Positions 8,417 to 17,880 of a stretch of DNA of 64,000 nucleotides are shown piece by piece. The first letter of the stretch is position 1. The number at the start of each line of letters is the position of its first letter. The notes beneath the pieces were generated by a model. That model saw only the letters and a program-made list of their open reading frames with translations. It was not told the DNA's origin and made no database searches. Source of the DNA: Planctomycetota bacterium (GTDB lineage Bacteria; Planctomycetota; MHYJ01; WSZJ01); NCBI GenBank assembly GCA_038060895.1, contig JBBTCT010000002.1:32001-96000 (forward strand). Direction: 5' to 3'. Position numbers and translations under genes: made by a program.

Positions 8417-11365
8417 ATGCCCACCGAGACCCGACACCGCAAGTCCGACCTTCTCTTCGCGCTCCTCGCCCAGCAGATGGCGCTCATCTCGCGCGACCAG
8501 CTCCTGGAGGCCGCCAATCTCTGGATCGAGGACCCCGTCCGGCCGATGGGCGACCTCATGCAGGACCTGGGCCACCTCGGCCCCGACGAGGTCGCGCTTC
8601 TCGCCGAAGCCGTCGAGATGCACAAGACGCCCGGGGGAAGCGACACCGCGATGGAGCGCGCGACGTCGATCGACCCCGAAGTCCGCCAGGCCCTCATGGC
8701 GCTTCGCCCACCGATGGAAATCCGCCAGTGGCTGAACCGCCTGCGCGAACGCCGCCCGGCCGGCCCTGCCGTGCCGAAGGCCGCTTCACGCGAAGGCCGT
8801 TACGAGCTCGGCGCCGAGATCGCGCGCGGCGGGCTGGGGATGGTGCTGGAAGCGCGGGACAAGGATCTCGAGCGGGATGTGGCGGTAAAGCTGGTGCTGG
8901 ACGACGTGGCGCCGGAGGCGGCGGCGCGGTTCGCGCGTGAAGCGAAGCTGACGGCGCGGCTGGACCATCCGGCGGTGGTGCCGATCCACGATTTCGGGAG
9001 TCTTCCAGGGGCAGACGGGAAGGCGCGGCTGTTCTTGTGCATGAAGCGGATCCGGGGGCGTGACCTCGGGGCGATCCTGCAGGGGCTGGCGGACGGGGAC
9101 GCGGAGCTGCGGAAGAAATGGACGCGCGCGCGGCTGCTCGGCGTCTTCCAGGACATCTGCCTCGGGATGGCGTATTCGCACTCGAAGGGCGTCATCCACC
9201 GCGACCTCAAGCCCGCGAACATCATGATCGGGGACTTCGGCGAAACGCTGATCGTGGACTGGGGGCTCGCGAAGGAAATCGGCGGCCCGCCGGACGGCGG
9301 CGAGACGAAGCGGATGGTGCGCAAACCGAAACCCGACACGCGAAGCGGGAGAATCACGCTGGACGGCGACGTCGTCGGGACGCCCGCCTACATGGCGCCC
9401 GAGCAGGCCGAGGGGCGCACCGCCGAGATCGACGAGCGAAGCGACATCTTCGCGCTCGGTGCGATCCTCTACGCGATGCTGACGCTTCAGCCGCCATGGG
9501 AAGGCGAAACCGCGACCGCCGTCCTCGAAAACGTCCGCGCCGGACGAATCACTTCCCCGTCCACCCGAATCGCCCCGTCGTTCCCGCTGAACGCACCGCC
9601 GGCCGCCCCCTCCGTGCGCGCGACCGATCCGATCCCGCCGGAACTCGACGCCATCTGCGTCCGGGCCCTCGCGATCAACCCCGCGGATCGTTTCAAGTCC
9701 GCACTCGAGTTTCACCACGAAATCCAGCTCTTCCTCGAAGGCGTCAAGGAGCGTGAGCGCAAGGCGCGTGAGGCGGCGGAACGGCTGGCGGAGGGAAGGA
9801 AGTGGCAGCTGCGCCGTGCGGAACTTGCGAAGGAAATTGAGGCGCAGTCGGCCCGCGTCGAGGTCTTGCTCGACACGATCGATACGTGGCAGGGCGTGGA
9901 GGAAAAGAAGCCGCTCTGGGAAGCCGAGGCCCGCCTCCTTGCAATGCAGGACGAGCGCGTCGAGCGGGAGGCCCAGGCGCTGGCCGCCTATGGCCACGCC
10001 CTCGCGGCGGACCCGGCCTGCGATGCGGCGGCGGACGGGACATGTGAATTGCTCTGCGAGAGGTTCGTGGAGGCGGAGACGGCCCGGGACCGGAAGGGAA
10101 TGCTCATGGCCCGCAAGACGCTGGCGGAGCATGACCGGCGCGGCGAGTTCACGGCGCGACTGGACGCGCCGGGAACGCTGAACTTGGGGGCGCACACTTA
10201 CGATTGCGATTGCCTGCGTCCCGTGGCCGTCCCGGGCTGGAGGGTGGAGTTCGGCGGGCAGGCCGAGATGCCGTGGGAAAACGGCGGCCCCGCGCGCGGA
10301 CGGCCGCTCGCCGACAAAGACCGGGCCATCCCGAGACTGGCGACGTTTCCCGACGGCGCGCACTTCGGCCACGCAGCGGACTGCCCGCGGCGTGCAGCGA
10401 CGGGCGTCCCCGTTTTCCTGGCGCGCTACGAAGAGAAGGAGAAGCGCCTCGTCCTCGGGCCTGAGCGGGAGCTGGGCACGACGCCGGTCACGGGCGTCGT
10501 CCTTCCCATCGGGTCCTACCGGTGCGTCCTGCGACCGGCGGACCGGCCCGAAGTGCTTGTTCCGGTGAGGATCGAGCGCGGCAGCCGGTGGGAACAGGAT
10601 GTCCATCTCCCCGCCGCCGCCGACATTCCCCCGGGATTCCGCTTCGTCGCCGGCGGGCCATTCACATTCGGCGGCGCGCACGCCGGCGGTTCGACAATCG
10701 AAAAGCTCACCAGTCAGGATTTCTTCTACGGCGAGTTCCCCGTCACCTGCGCCGAGTACCTCGAATTTCTCCGGTCGCTTCCTCGCGAGGAATCCATCGC
10801 CCGGTCGCCCCGCGAGGGCGACAAGCGCTTCTGGATCCAGGACGACGCAGGCGTTCGCCTCCCGAGGCCGGGCGAGGACGCGCGTTTCGACTGGGACCCG
10901 CGTTGGCCGATCCTCGGCGTCTCGTGGCTGGACGCACTGGCTTACTGCACCTGGCGGTCGGCTCGGGAGGGGCGGCTCTTCACCCTGGCCCACGAAGAGC
11001 AGTTCGAGAAATCGATCCGCGGTGTGGACGAGCGGGCCTTTGCCTTCGGCGACGAGCACGACGCCGCGTACGCTCACTGCAACGGGTCCCTCCACGGGAA
11101 GCTCACGCCGCTTCCCGTCGGCTCGTTCCCCACGGACGAGTCCCCGTACGGCATCCGCGACCTGACCGGCGGCGTCGGGACCTGGTGTCTCAATTCCGCG
11201 CCCGCGCCCTATCGCGAGTGGCGGTCGCTCCGCGGCGGCTCGTGGTCCACGACTGGCGCCGGCGGCCGCGCGGGGCTGCGCATCGGAAACGTCGTCGCGC
11301 GGACGTCGTGGGCGCTCGGATTCAGGCTCTGCGTGAACGCGTTTCGCTGGCCGGAAGGCCAGTAG
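8417..11365 (+). CDS. Ser/Thr protein kinase fused to a C-terminal FGE-sulfatase (SUMF1, C-type lectin fold) domain
   Basis: Kinase motifs IARGGLG, VAVK, HRDLKPAN, DWGLAK and GTPAYMAPEQ. FGE motifs PVTCAEY, SPYGIRDLTG and RGGSW...GFR. Confidence 0.92.
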   Translation: MPTETRHRKSDLLFALLAQQMALISRDQLLEAANLWIEDPVRPMGDLMQDLGHLGPDEVALLAEAVEMHKTPGGSDTAMERATSIDPEVRQALMALRPPMEIRQWLNRLRERRPAGPAVPKAASREGRYELGAEIARGGLGMVLEARDKDLERDVAVKLVLDDVAPEAAARFAREAKLTARLDHPAVVPIHDFGSLPGADGKARLFLCMKRIRGRDLGAILQGLADGDAELRKKWTRARLLGVFQDICLGMAYSHSKGVIHRDLKPANIMIGDFGETLIVDWGLAKEIGGPPDGGETKRMVRKPKPDTRSGRITLDGDVVGTPAYMAPEQAEGRTAEIDERSDIFALGAILYAMLTLQPPWEGETATAVLENVRAGRITSPSTRIAPSFPLNAPPAAPSVRATDPIPPELDAICVRALAINPADRFKSALEFHHEIQLFLEGVKERERKAREAAERLAEGRKWQLRRAELAKEIEAQSARVEVLLDTIDTWQGVEEKKPLWEAEARLLAMQDERVEREAQALAAYGHALAADPACDAAADGTCELLCERFVEAETARDRKGMLMARKTLAEHDRRGEFTARLDAPGTLNLGAHTYDCDCLRPVAVPGWRVEFGGQAEMPWENGGPARGRPLADKDRAIPRLATFPDGAHFGHAADCPRRAATGVPVFLARYEEKEKRLVLGPERELGTTPVTGVVLPIGSYRCVLRPADRPEVLVPVRIERGSRWEQDVHLPAAADIPPGFRFVAGGPFTFGGAHAGGSTIEKLTSQDFFYGEFPVTCAEYLEFLRSLPREESIARSPREGDKRFWIQDDAGVRLPRPGEDARFDWDPRWPILGVSWLDALAYCTWRSAREGRLFTLAHEEQFEKSIRGVDERAFAFGDEHDAAYAHCNGSLHGKLTPLPVGSFPTDESPYGIRDLTGGVGTWCLNSAPAPYREWRSLRGGSWSTTGAGGRAGLRIGNVVARTSWALGFRLCVNAFRWPEGQ

Positions 11366-11439
11366 GTAGGGTGTAGTTGGTAGGGGGTAGGAAATGCCCC
11401 TGTCCGGTCCGTCTTTCCTACCCACTACCTACTACCCCC
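11362..11439. repeat. Inverted arrays of heptamer units (GnnnGTA / TACnnnC)
   Basis: gtaggta-gggtgta-gttggta-gggggta-ggaaa ... tttcc-tacccac-tacctac-taccccc, between convergent genes. Confidence 0.8.
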
Positions 11440-11492
11440 TGCCGCGCTTCGGCGACTCACCTCTCGAAAACGCCAGCGCCTGAACGCGGCAA

Positions 11493-11936
11493 CTACATGT
11501 CCGGCGACACGCCCTTCACAAGCCGCTGAATCAGCTCCATGTGCTCCGTCTCGTCGGTGATCAGCTCTTCGAGTTTCACCTGAAGCGCCGTCTCGCCGAG
11601 CTCGTTCGCTTCATCGACGCGTTCGGTATAGGCATTCACGGCGTCGCGTTCGATCTGCAACGCGTACTCGAGCATCTCGCGGAGCTTGGTGGGGCGCTTC
11701 CAGGGTGGAACTTCGAACGACGGCGTTCCGCCGAGGGCGATGATCTTGTCGGCTAGGAACTCGACGTGCTTGATCTCGCCGTGGATTTCCGGCTCGAGGA
11801 TTTCGCGCAGTTCGTGTCCGCGGATCCCGAAAGCCATCGAGCGGATCCACAGGTAGAGCATGATGGCCTGGAGTTCGCGGCCGAGGTCCTGGTCGAGGTG
11901 CTCAAGGAGTTTGGACTTGGTGATGGCACGGCGCAT
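11493..11936 (-). CDS. Ferritin-like / bacterioferritin-family protein
   Basis: Di-iron ligands ELQA..Y, EIKH, ERDA and ETEH; IIALGGTP motif. Confidence 0.85.
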   Translation of the reverse strand: MRRAITKSKLLEHLDQDLGRELQAIMLYLWIRSMAFGIRGHELREILEPEIHGEIKHVEFLADKIIALGGTPSFEVPPWKRPTKLREMLEYALQIERDAVNAYTERVDEANELGETALQVKLEELITDETEHMELIQRLVKGVSPDM

Positions 11937-12035
11937 CCGTCGGTCTCCGAGTGAAAAGGGGGGCGGACATCATACCGGGGAGTGACACGGTGAGAAGATG
12001 GGACGGGTGTTCGGAGTCGGGAGCGACTCGCCGGC

Positions 12036-12839
12036 TCAGCGGGCGGAGCGAACGACCGAGGGTCCTGCGTCGGAGACCGCGCGCCTTGTGTCGGCCGACA
12101 CCGTTGGATCGCCCGCCAGGACGCGGCCGATGAATCCTTTCAGGCGGGTGCGGTTAGGGTCGTCCATCTCGAAGAGGGCCACGCCGTAGTCGAAGGCGGC
12201 GCCCGGGGAAGCGCCCGCTTCGCGGACGACCTGCCCGCGACCGCGGATCGTTGAGTGATCGGGCAGCTCGATGTCCACGTGGACGACGCTTCTCATCGGG
12301 AGCTTTTCCGGAACGCTTGCCAGGAGACCTGTTTCGCTCAGGTTTCGTGACAGGCCGACGCGGGCCACGGAGGTATTCGACCCGCTTGACGTCCGGTACC
12401 GGAGGGCGAGGGAGCGCGGGATTCGGCGGGAGCGCGCGTGAAAGCGTTGCGGGGGGAGGTCGGAGGCCGCGTGCCGGAGCGCGGCCAGGATTTCCTCGCG
12501 GAGGTACGGTTTTTCGGCGAAGGATCGGACGCCGGCGCGAAGCGTGCCGGGTACGAGGCCGACGAGTTCGGTGCGGAAGGTGACGATCGTGCGGAGCTGC
12601 GGCGCGATCTCGAGCAGTTGCGGCGCCGTCGAGGCCCAGCCCACGTTGGGAGCGGCGGGGTGGTCGGGAAGCGAGAGGTCGAGCGCCACCGCCCAGGGCG
12701 AATACGTGAAGAGCGCGTCGAGGAGGGCCTTGCCGTGGGAGACGCTTCCCGCGAATGCGAACTCAGTCCCGCGAAGGGCGCTTCCGAAGGCGACAGCAGC
12801 GCGGTCGTCGGGATCGGCGACCAGGACGCTGAGGGGCAT
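12036..12839 (-). CDS. Response regulator receiver plus PilZ domain protein
   Basis: VLVAD, LDLSLPD and EKP receiver motifs; Arg-rich linker and NLSETG PilZ motif. Confidence 0.82.
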   Translation of the reverse strand: MPLSVLVADPDDRAAVAFGSALRGTEFAFAGSVSHGKALLDALFTYSPWAVALDLSLPDHPAAPNVGWASTAPQLLEIAPQLRTIVTFRTELVGLVPGTLRAGVRSFAEKPYLREEILAALRHAASDLPPQRFHARSRRIPRSLALRYRTSSGSNTSVARVGLSRNLSETGLLASVPEKLPMRSVVHVDIELPDHSTIRGRGQVVREAGASPGAAFDYGVALFEMDDPNRTRLKGFIGRVLAGDPTVSADTRRAVSDAGPSVVRSAR

Positions 12840-12852
12840 GCGCGGGGCCGGC

Positions 12853-13602
12853 CTAGCTCACGGCCGTCGAATACTGTTCGGAGGCCAGGGCGCGCGCGAT
12901 GAACTGCTTGAGGCGGTCGCGGGCGGGGCCGTCGAGATCGACGAACGCGAGGCCGTGCTCGGTCTGGCCGTCATTGTGGCGCGACGCGCGGACGATCTGG
13001 GCGCGGCCGCGGATGGCGACGCGGTCCGGGAGATCGATCTCGAGCGCGACGACGCTGCGCACGGGCATCTCTTCGGCGCTCTTGAGGCAGACTCCGGTTT
13101 CGCTCAGGTTCTGGACGAAGCCGACGTGGCGCGTGGGAGGGTTCTGGTTGGAAGCGCTGTAGCGGGCGGGGAGTTTACGGCTGAGGCGGCGGGCGCGGAC
13201 GTAGAAGGTCATGGGCGGCGCGTCGGCGTGGAGGTGATTGAGGGCCTGGAGGATTTCGCCGCGTGCGAACGGTTTCTCGATGTAAGCGCAGGCGCCGGCG
13301 GCGAGGGCGGCCGGGACGAGGTTGCGCGTTTCGGGCGTGCAGGTGACGGCGATTTTGAGCCAGGGAGCGATTTCGCGGAGGTGAGCGGTGGCGGCGACCC
13401 AGCCGACGCCGGGTGTGTCGGGATGATCAGGAAGCGAGAGATCGAGGGCGACGGCCCAGGGAGTCAGGCGCCAGACGGCATCGACGAGCGCCTTTCCGTG
13501 GGCGACGGAGCCCTGGAAAGAATAAGGCGTGCCGCGAAGCAGGGTCGCGAAGGAAACGGCTGCGACCGAATTTGGATCAGCGACGAGGACGGTTCTGGCC
13601 AT
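12853..13602 (-). CDS. Response regulator receiver plus PilZ domain protein (tandem paralog)
   Basis: Start MARTVLVAD with GGGAG RBS; same motifs as the neighbour (WAVALDLSLPDHP, NLSETG). Confidence 0.82.
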   Translation of the reverse strand: MARTVLVADPNSVAAVSFATLLRGTPYSFQGSVAHGKALVDAVWRLTPWAVALDLSLPDHPDTPGVGWVAATAHLREIAPWLKIAVTCTPETRNLVPAALAAGACAYIEKPFARGEILQALNHLHADAPPMTFYVRARRLSRKLPARYSASNQNPPTRHVGFVQNLSETGVCLKSAEEMPVRSVVALEIDLPDRVAIRGRAQIVRASRHNDGQTEHGLAFVDLDGPARDRLKQFIARALASEQYSTAVS

Positions 13603-14014
13603 GTCGGCACTCCCTGTTCCGGTAATTAAGCGGAGAATGTTGGCAATCCGAGGGACAAAACACCATAAGAATCTTGAAGTTATGGGCCGAAATTCCTGAA
13701 AAATCACTGACGACATAAAGTATTGATACAGAACGACTTACGATTTTCTGATTTTTAAGCTTGTGCAGCATTGCACTTTTGAGCGGGTTCTTGACGCCGC
13801 TGACTGCAAATCGAGCCGAAATCCCCGTTCTCTTGACCGCCGTCCGATAACCATCAACTCCTGGGCCTGAGCGAAATTCCTGCGGGCATGCTGCGTCGGC
13901 CCGAAGAAGGAAATCTGATCCCAAACCAATACCGGGCTGACGCAGGCTGGGCACGCGGGACTTTCTCTCGCCCTCTCCTGTCTTTTTCCTCCCCGGCGCG
14001 TAGAGTTCCTCTTC

Positions 14015-14491
14015 GTGAGCCATGACCTCGCCAACCGATACACCCGCGTCCATCTTCTGATCTCCAACGCCATCCCCGCGGGTGCCGACCTGCACGCGCG
14101 GATGAAAATCGTTTCCGACGAAATCTGGTCCGAGTTTGGAAACCACTGCCCCGTCTCCTGGGTGGGCTTCTATTTTCTCGGCGAAGGCGAAATGACGCTC
14201 GGCCCGCGACGTGACAAACCTGCTTGCTCGCCGATCGGTCTTCACGGCGCGTGCGGCCGGGCCGCGCTCTCCGGGAAGTCCCTCGTCGTCCGCGACGTCA
14301 AGGACCTCGGCGAGAACTACGTCGCCTGCGATCCGCGCGATCGCTCGGAAATCGTTGTCCCGGTCCGGGGAAGAAACCGCAAGGTCGTCGGCGTGCTCGA
14401 CCTCGACTCCCACTCCATCGGCGCGTTCGGCGCCATGGATCGCAAGTCCCTTGAGAATATCGTCGCCGAGTACCTGAACGGGGTCGACTAA
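14015..14491 (+). CDS. GAF domain protein, free Met-R-sulfoxide reductase (MsrC/YebR)-like
   Basis: WVGFY, PAC, GACG, YVACD..SEIVVP and GVLDLDS motifs. Confidence 0.85.
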   Translation: MSHDLANRYTRVHLLISNAIPAGADLHARMKIVSDEIWSEFGNHCPVSWVGFYFLGEGEMTLGPRRDKPACSPIGLHGACGRAALSGKSLVVRDVKDLGENYVACDPRDRSEIVVPVRGRNRKVVGVLDLDSHSIGAFGAMDRKSLENIVAEYLNGVD

Positions 14492-14572
14492 GTAGCTCCA
14501 CGTTGATTCTGTGCCATGCAGCCGCGCGCCTTTCGCGGCGGCTGCTGGCACAGAATCAACGTGGAGCTACTT
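14490..14572. repeat. Long hairpin (perfect 27-bp outer stem plus 8-bp inner stem); possible bidirectional terminator
   Basis: aagtagctccacgttgattctgtgcca / tggcacagaatcaacgtggagctactt between convergent genes. Confidence 0.9.
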
Positions 14573-14578
14573 CGCGGT

Positions 14579-15370
14579 TCAGGACGTCGAAGCCGCGAGC
14601 TTCGTTTCTTCCGCCGCGGCCGCACGGGCATGAGTCTTCTTCAGCCACGGCCACAGCGCCACGGCCACGGTTGCGACCCCGATCGCCACCCACTGGGAGG
14701 TCGAAAACGGGCCAAGCCCTCCCCGGTCCGGGTCGCCACGCGAAATCTCGATGAGAAAACGCGAACCCGCGTAGAGGAGAAGGTACGAGAGAATCCCCTG
14801 GCCGTTGAACCGTCGTCGCGGGTGCAGCCAGAGCGCGAAAACGAAAATGAGGATCCCCGCCGCGGACTCGTACAGCTGGCTCGGTTGCCGCGCGAGCGCA
14901 TCGACCTCCGGCATCACAATTCCCCACTTCGCAGGCTTCCCGTAACAGCAGCCGTTCAGGAAGCAGCCGAAGCGGACGATCCCGTGGCCGATCGCGACTG
15001 ACGGGGCGAAGCAGTCGATGACGGGCCAGAAAGGCATCTTGTGATGTCGGAACACGAAGGGGATGGTGATGAAGCAGCCGATGAGTCCTCCGTAGAACGT
15101 CAGGCCCCCTTCCCAGATCTTCACGATGTCGAGCGGGTGGCGACTGTAATGCGCAGCCCACTCGTCAGGCTGAAACACGAAAAACAGCCGCGCCCCGATC
15201 ACCGCCGAGAGCATCGCGACAATCGCGGCGTCGATCACCCCTTCGCCTTTCAGCCCCTCCTTCACCGCGAGTTTCCGGATGTGCCAGGCCGAGAACGCAA
15301 AGGCGATCGCGATCGCAACGCCGAACGCGTAGACGGGGAGGCCGAAGAAGTGGAAGAGGATGGATCGCAT
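14579..15370 (-). CDS. lgt: Prolipoprotein diacylglyceryl transferase
   Basis: IGARLFFV, IWEGGLTFYGG, RFGCFLNGCCYG and PSQLYE motifs. Confidence 0.95.
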   Translation of the reverse strand: MRSILFHFFGLPVYAFGVAIAIAFAFSAWHIRKLAVKEGLKGEGVIDAAIVAMLSAVIGARLFFVFQPDEWAAHYSRHPLDIVKIWEGGLTFYGGLIGCFITIPFVFRHHKMPFWPVIDCFAPSVAIGHGIVRFGCFLNGCCYGKPAKWGIVMPEVDALARQPSQLYESAAGILIFVFALWLHPRRRFNGQGILSYLLLYAGSRFLIEISRGDPDRGGLGPFSTSQWVAIGVATVAVALWPWLKKTHARAAAAEETKLAASTS

Positions 15371-15415
15371 CGCGGCGCGATTATGTCCAAACCGGACAAA
15401 GCGCGCGCGGTGGAA

Positions 15416-16483
15416 TCACCGCGCGCGAACGCCGTAGCGCCGGCCATCCCCGAGCTTCATGCGCTCCCACCGGCCGAAAATGGGGTATCCACAGTCCGCG
15501 CATTTCGAATCGCGGATCCTTATCCGCGAGATCGCATACCCAGACCGGTCGACCAGCGTCGCATTGCATTTCGGGCAGTACGTGTTCTCCAGCGGATGGC
15601 CGTGCACATTCCCGATGTAGACGTACTCCAGGCCGTGCTTCTTCCCGATCGCGTGCGCTTCCTCGAGCCGCTTCACGGACGTCGCCGGCAGATGCGCGAG
15701 GTCGAGGTACGGGATGAAGCGCGTGACGTGCCACGGGGTCTCGCGCCCGAGCTTCGTCGCGATCCAGTTAGCCATCCCGTTGAGCTGTTCGTCGTCGTCG
15801 TTCACGGTCGGAGTGACGTTGGTCACGACCTCGACATGCATCCGGTACCGGAACTTCGCCATCTCGGCGACGGAAAGGATTTCATCAAAGCGCGCCAGTC
15901 CGCCGCTGATCTTGTGGTAGGCCTTGCGGTTGAACGCCTTGAGATCGAGCCGGTAGATGTCGAGGAAGGGGGCGATGATCTTCAGCGCCTCGGGCGTGAT
16001 GTAACCGTTGGTGATGTACGCGGTGTAGAGCCCGCGCTTCTTCGCTTCCTGCGCCGCTTCCAGCGTGTGTTCGAACCAGATCGTCGGCTCGTTGTAGGTC
16101 CAGCAGATCCCTTCGCAACCTTCCCGGACGGCCATCTCGACGGACTCGAGCGGCGACATCTTCTCGAGGTTCGAGCCGTCCTCGCTCGGTTTGTCGTGCG
16201 AGATCTCCCAGTTCTGGCAGCCGGGGCAGTGGAAGTTGCACCCGCGCGTCCCGGCCGAGAGGATTTTTGTCCCGGGGTAGGCGTGGTTGATCGGTTTCTT
16301 CTCGATCGGATCCACCGCGATCGAGCTCGTCACGCCGTAGATGAGCGACCAGAGCTTCCCTTCGCGATTCAGCCGGGTGTTGCAGAACCCCGCCTTGCCG
16401 GGGCGCACCGTGCAGCGCACCTGGCAGAGGTTGCATTTGATGTTCCCCTGGGGAAGGGGCTCGTAGAGGACGCACTCTTTCAT
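15416..16483 (-). CDS. amrS: AmmeMemoRadiSam system radical SAM enzyme
   Basis: N-terminal CxxCxxxC, DPIEKKP, GCNFHCPGCQNWEIS, TYNEPT and C-terminal CPKC..CADC. Confidence 0.9.
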   Translation of the reverse strand: MKECVLYEPLPQGNIKCNLCQVRCTVRPGKAGFCNTRLNREGKLWSLIYGVTSSIAVDPIEKKPINHAYPGTKILSAGTRGCNFHCPGCQNWEISHDKPSEDGSNLEKMSPLESVEMAVREGCEGICWTYNEPTIWFEHTLEAAQEAKKRGLYTAYITNGYITPEALKIIAPFLDIYRLDLKAFNRKAYHKISGGLARFDEILSVAEMAKFRYRMHVEVVTNVTPTVNDDDEQLNGMANWIATKLGRETPWHVTRFIPYLDLAHLPATSVKRLEEAHAIGKKHGLEYVYIGNVHGHPLENTYCPKCNATLVDRSGYAISRIRIRDSKCADCGYPIFGRWERMKLGDGRRYGVRAR

Positions 16484-16516
16484 GGGGATACTCTCTCAAC
16501 GTCCGGCGTGAAGCGC

Positions 16517-17575
16517 TTAATCCACGAACTCGATCAGCCGCTCCGATTTCACGCGGACTTCGCCCACGATCGCCGAGTGCGGAAACCCGTTTTTCACGAG
16601 GTCGCGCACGAGCGCGTCGGCGTGGACGGCCTTGACGCTGAAGAGCAGTCCCCCGGAGGTCTGCGGGTCGAACATGATGTCTTCGAGCGGCTTGCGGACG
16701 CCGGCGGCCGTCCGGTACTTCGGGCCCAGCCATTCGCGGTTCGAGACGTCACCGCGCGTCTTCTGGCCCTTGGCCGCGAATTTCTCCGCTTCCGGCAGAA
16801 TCGGGACCTTCGAAGTCCGGATCACGATCGTCACACCCGAGGCTTCCGCCATCCCGGCGCCGTGACCCGCCAGCGCAAAACCGGTGATGTCCGTCGCCGC
16901 GTGGATTTCCTTCCCCTCCGCGGCCGCGACGCCGCCGGCGTTCAGCTGCTCCATCTGCGCAATGACTTCCTTCGCGTCCTCCTCGCTCATCTTCCGCGCC
17001 TTCAGCGCCGTCGTCAGGATCCCCGTTCCCAGCCGCTTCGACAGCACGAGCACGTCCCCCGCCTTTGCCGCCGCGTTCGTCCAGATCCTGTCCGGGTGCA
17101 CCAGCCCCGTCACCGCCGCCCCGAACTTCAGCTCCTGGTCCGTGACGCTATGCCCGCCCAGAAGCGCGCACTTGGCCTCCACGTACTTGTCATTCCCGCC
17201 CTGGAGGATGTCATGAAGCACTTCGTGCCCCAGCACGTCCATCGGGTAGCACAGGATGTTCAGCGCATTGATCGGCCGTCCGCCCATCGCGTAGACGTCC
17301 GACAGCGCGTTAGCGATCGCGATCCGCCCGTACGACCGCGGGTCATCGACGATCGGCGTGAAAAAATCCACCGTCTGCACGAGCGCCGTCTGCGCGTCCA
17401 GTCGATACACGCCCGCATCGTCGAACGTCCCCGCGTTCACGAGGACGTTCGCGTCGGTCGGCGCCGTCAGCCCTTCCAGGGCTTTGTGCAGGTCCGCCGG
17501 ACCCAGTTTCGACGCTCAGCCGGCGCAGCTGGACATGTCTGTCAGCCGCGGGCGGGCCTTGCTGAAAAGGGCCAT
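16517..17575 (-). CDS. selD: Selenophosphate synthetase SelD, selenocysteine form (TGA at codon 20, 17516-17518)
   Basis: AAGGAGG RBS, then MALFSKARPRLTDMSSCAG-U-ASKLGP in frame with ORF 16517..17440 (DDAGVY, QTVDFFTP, ANALSDVYAMGG, DPQTSGGLL). Confidence 0.96.
17490..17504 (-). promoter_or_regulatory. Putative bacterial SECIS hairpin of selD
   Basis: GGGUCC-GGC-GGACCU; the G-first loop starts 17 nt after UGA. Confidence 0.65.
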
Positions 17576-17704
17576 GGTCAATCCTCCTTGGTTGCGAACA
17601 TCCGGACTGTAGCCCTTGGAGCTTCGGTGCGGAAGTGGCGACCGGCGGAAACCACGGGAGGCGAAGGCGTCAGGAAACCTCCTGGTGACTAACAATGATC
17701 AAAC

Positions 17705-17748
17705 TTTAACAATCTACTAACTGGACCTGAACTTTGTGTAAACTCCGC
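17705..17748 (+). promoter_or_regulatory. Putative Pho-box-like array (four 11-bp periodic units)
   Basis: tttAACaatct-actAACtggac-ctgAACtttgt-gtaAACtccgc in an AT-rich patch upstream of a phosphate-porin-like gene. Confidence 0.5.
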
Positions 17749-17880
17749 GCCGACGTGGGGTCGATACAGGAAAAGGACGGTATGGGGAAGAGAGACTCCG
17801 TTCCAATCCCGGGGTCTCTGCGCGGCATCGGCCGCACGCCGTCCTTTCGGACAAGCGGATTGGTTTTTCGGGAGGAGTCC

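Noticed and set aside
11200-11365. Possible DGR target: FGE/C-lectin C-terminus (RGGSW...GFR) plus an Avd-like four-helix gene in the same window
   Set aside because: I found no reverse transcriptase and no template repeat differing at adenines in the window, and the two genes are 51 kb apart.
13603-14014. Possible c-di-GMP riboswitch upstream of the PilZ genes
   Set aside because: I could not identify the conserved class I or II motifs by eye; an Rfam scan is needed.
15368-15418. The amrS TGA is in frame with the lgt ATG, a possible Sec read-through fusion
   Set aside because: Both proteins are complete on their own, the TGA is not at a Cys-like position, and lgt has its own -10-like box. 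In-frame spacing has a 1 in 3 chance.
15041-17692. Long antisense ORFs (883 aa here; also 8786-11425, 23452-25713, 57309-60356)
   Set aside because: They are shadow frames of real genes in high-GC DNA with no recognisable motifs.
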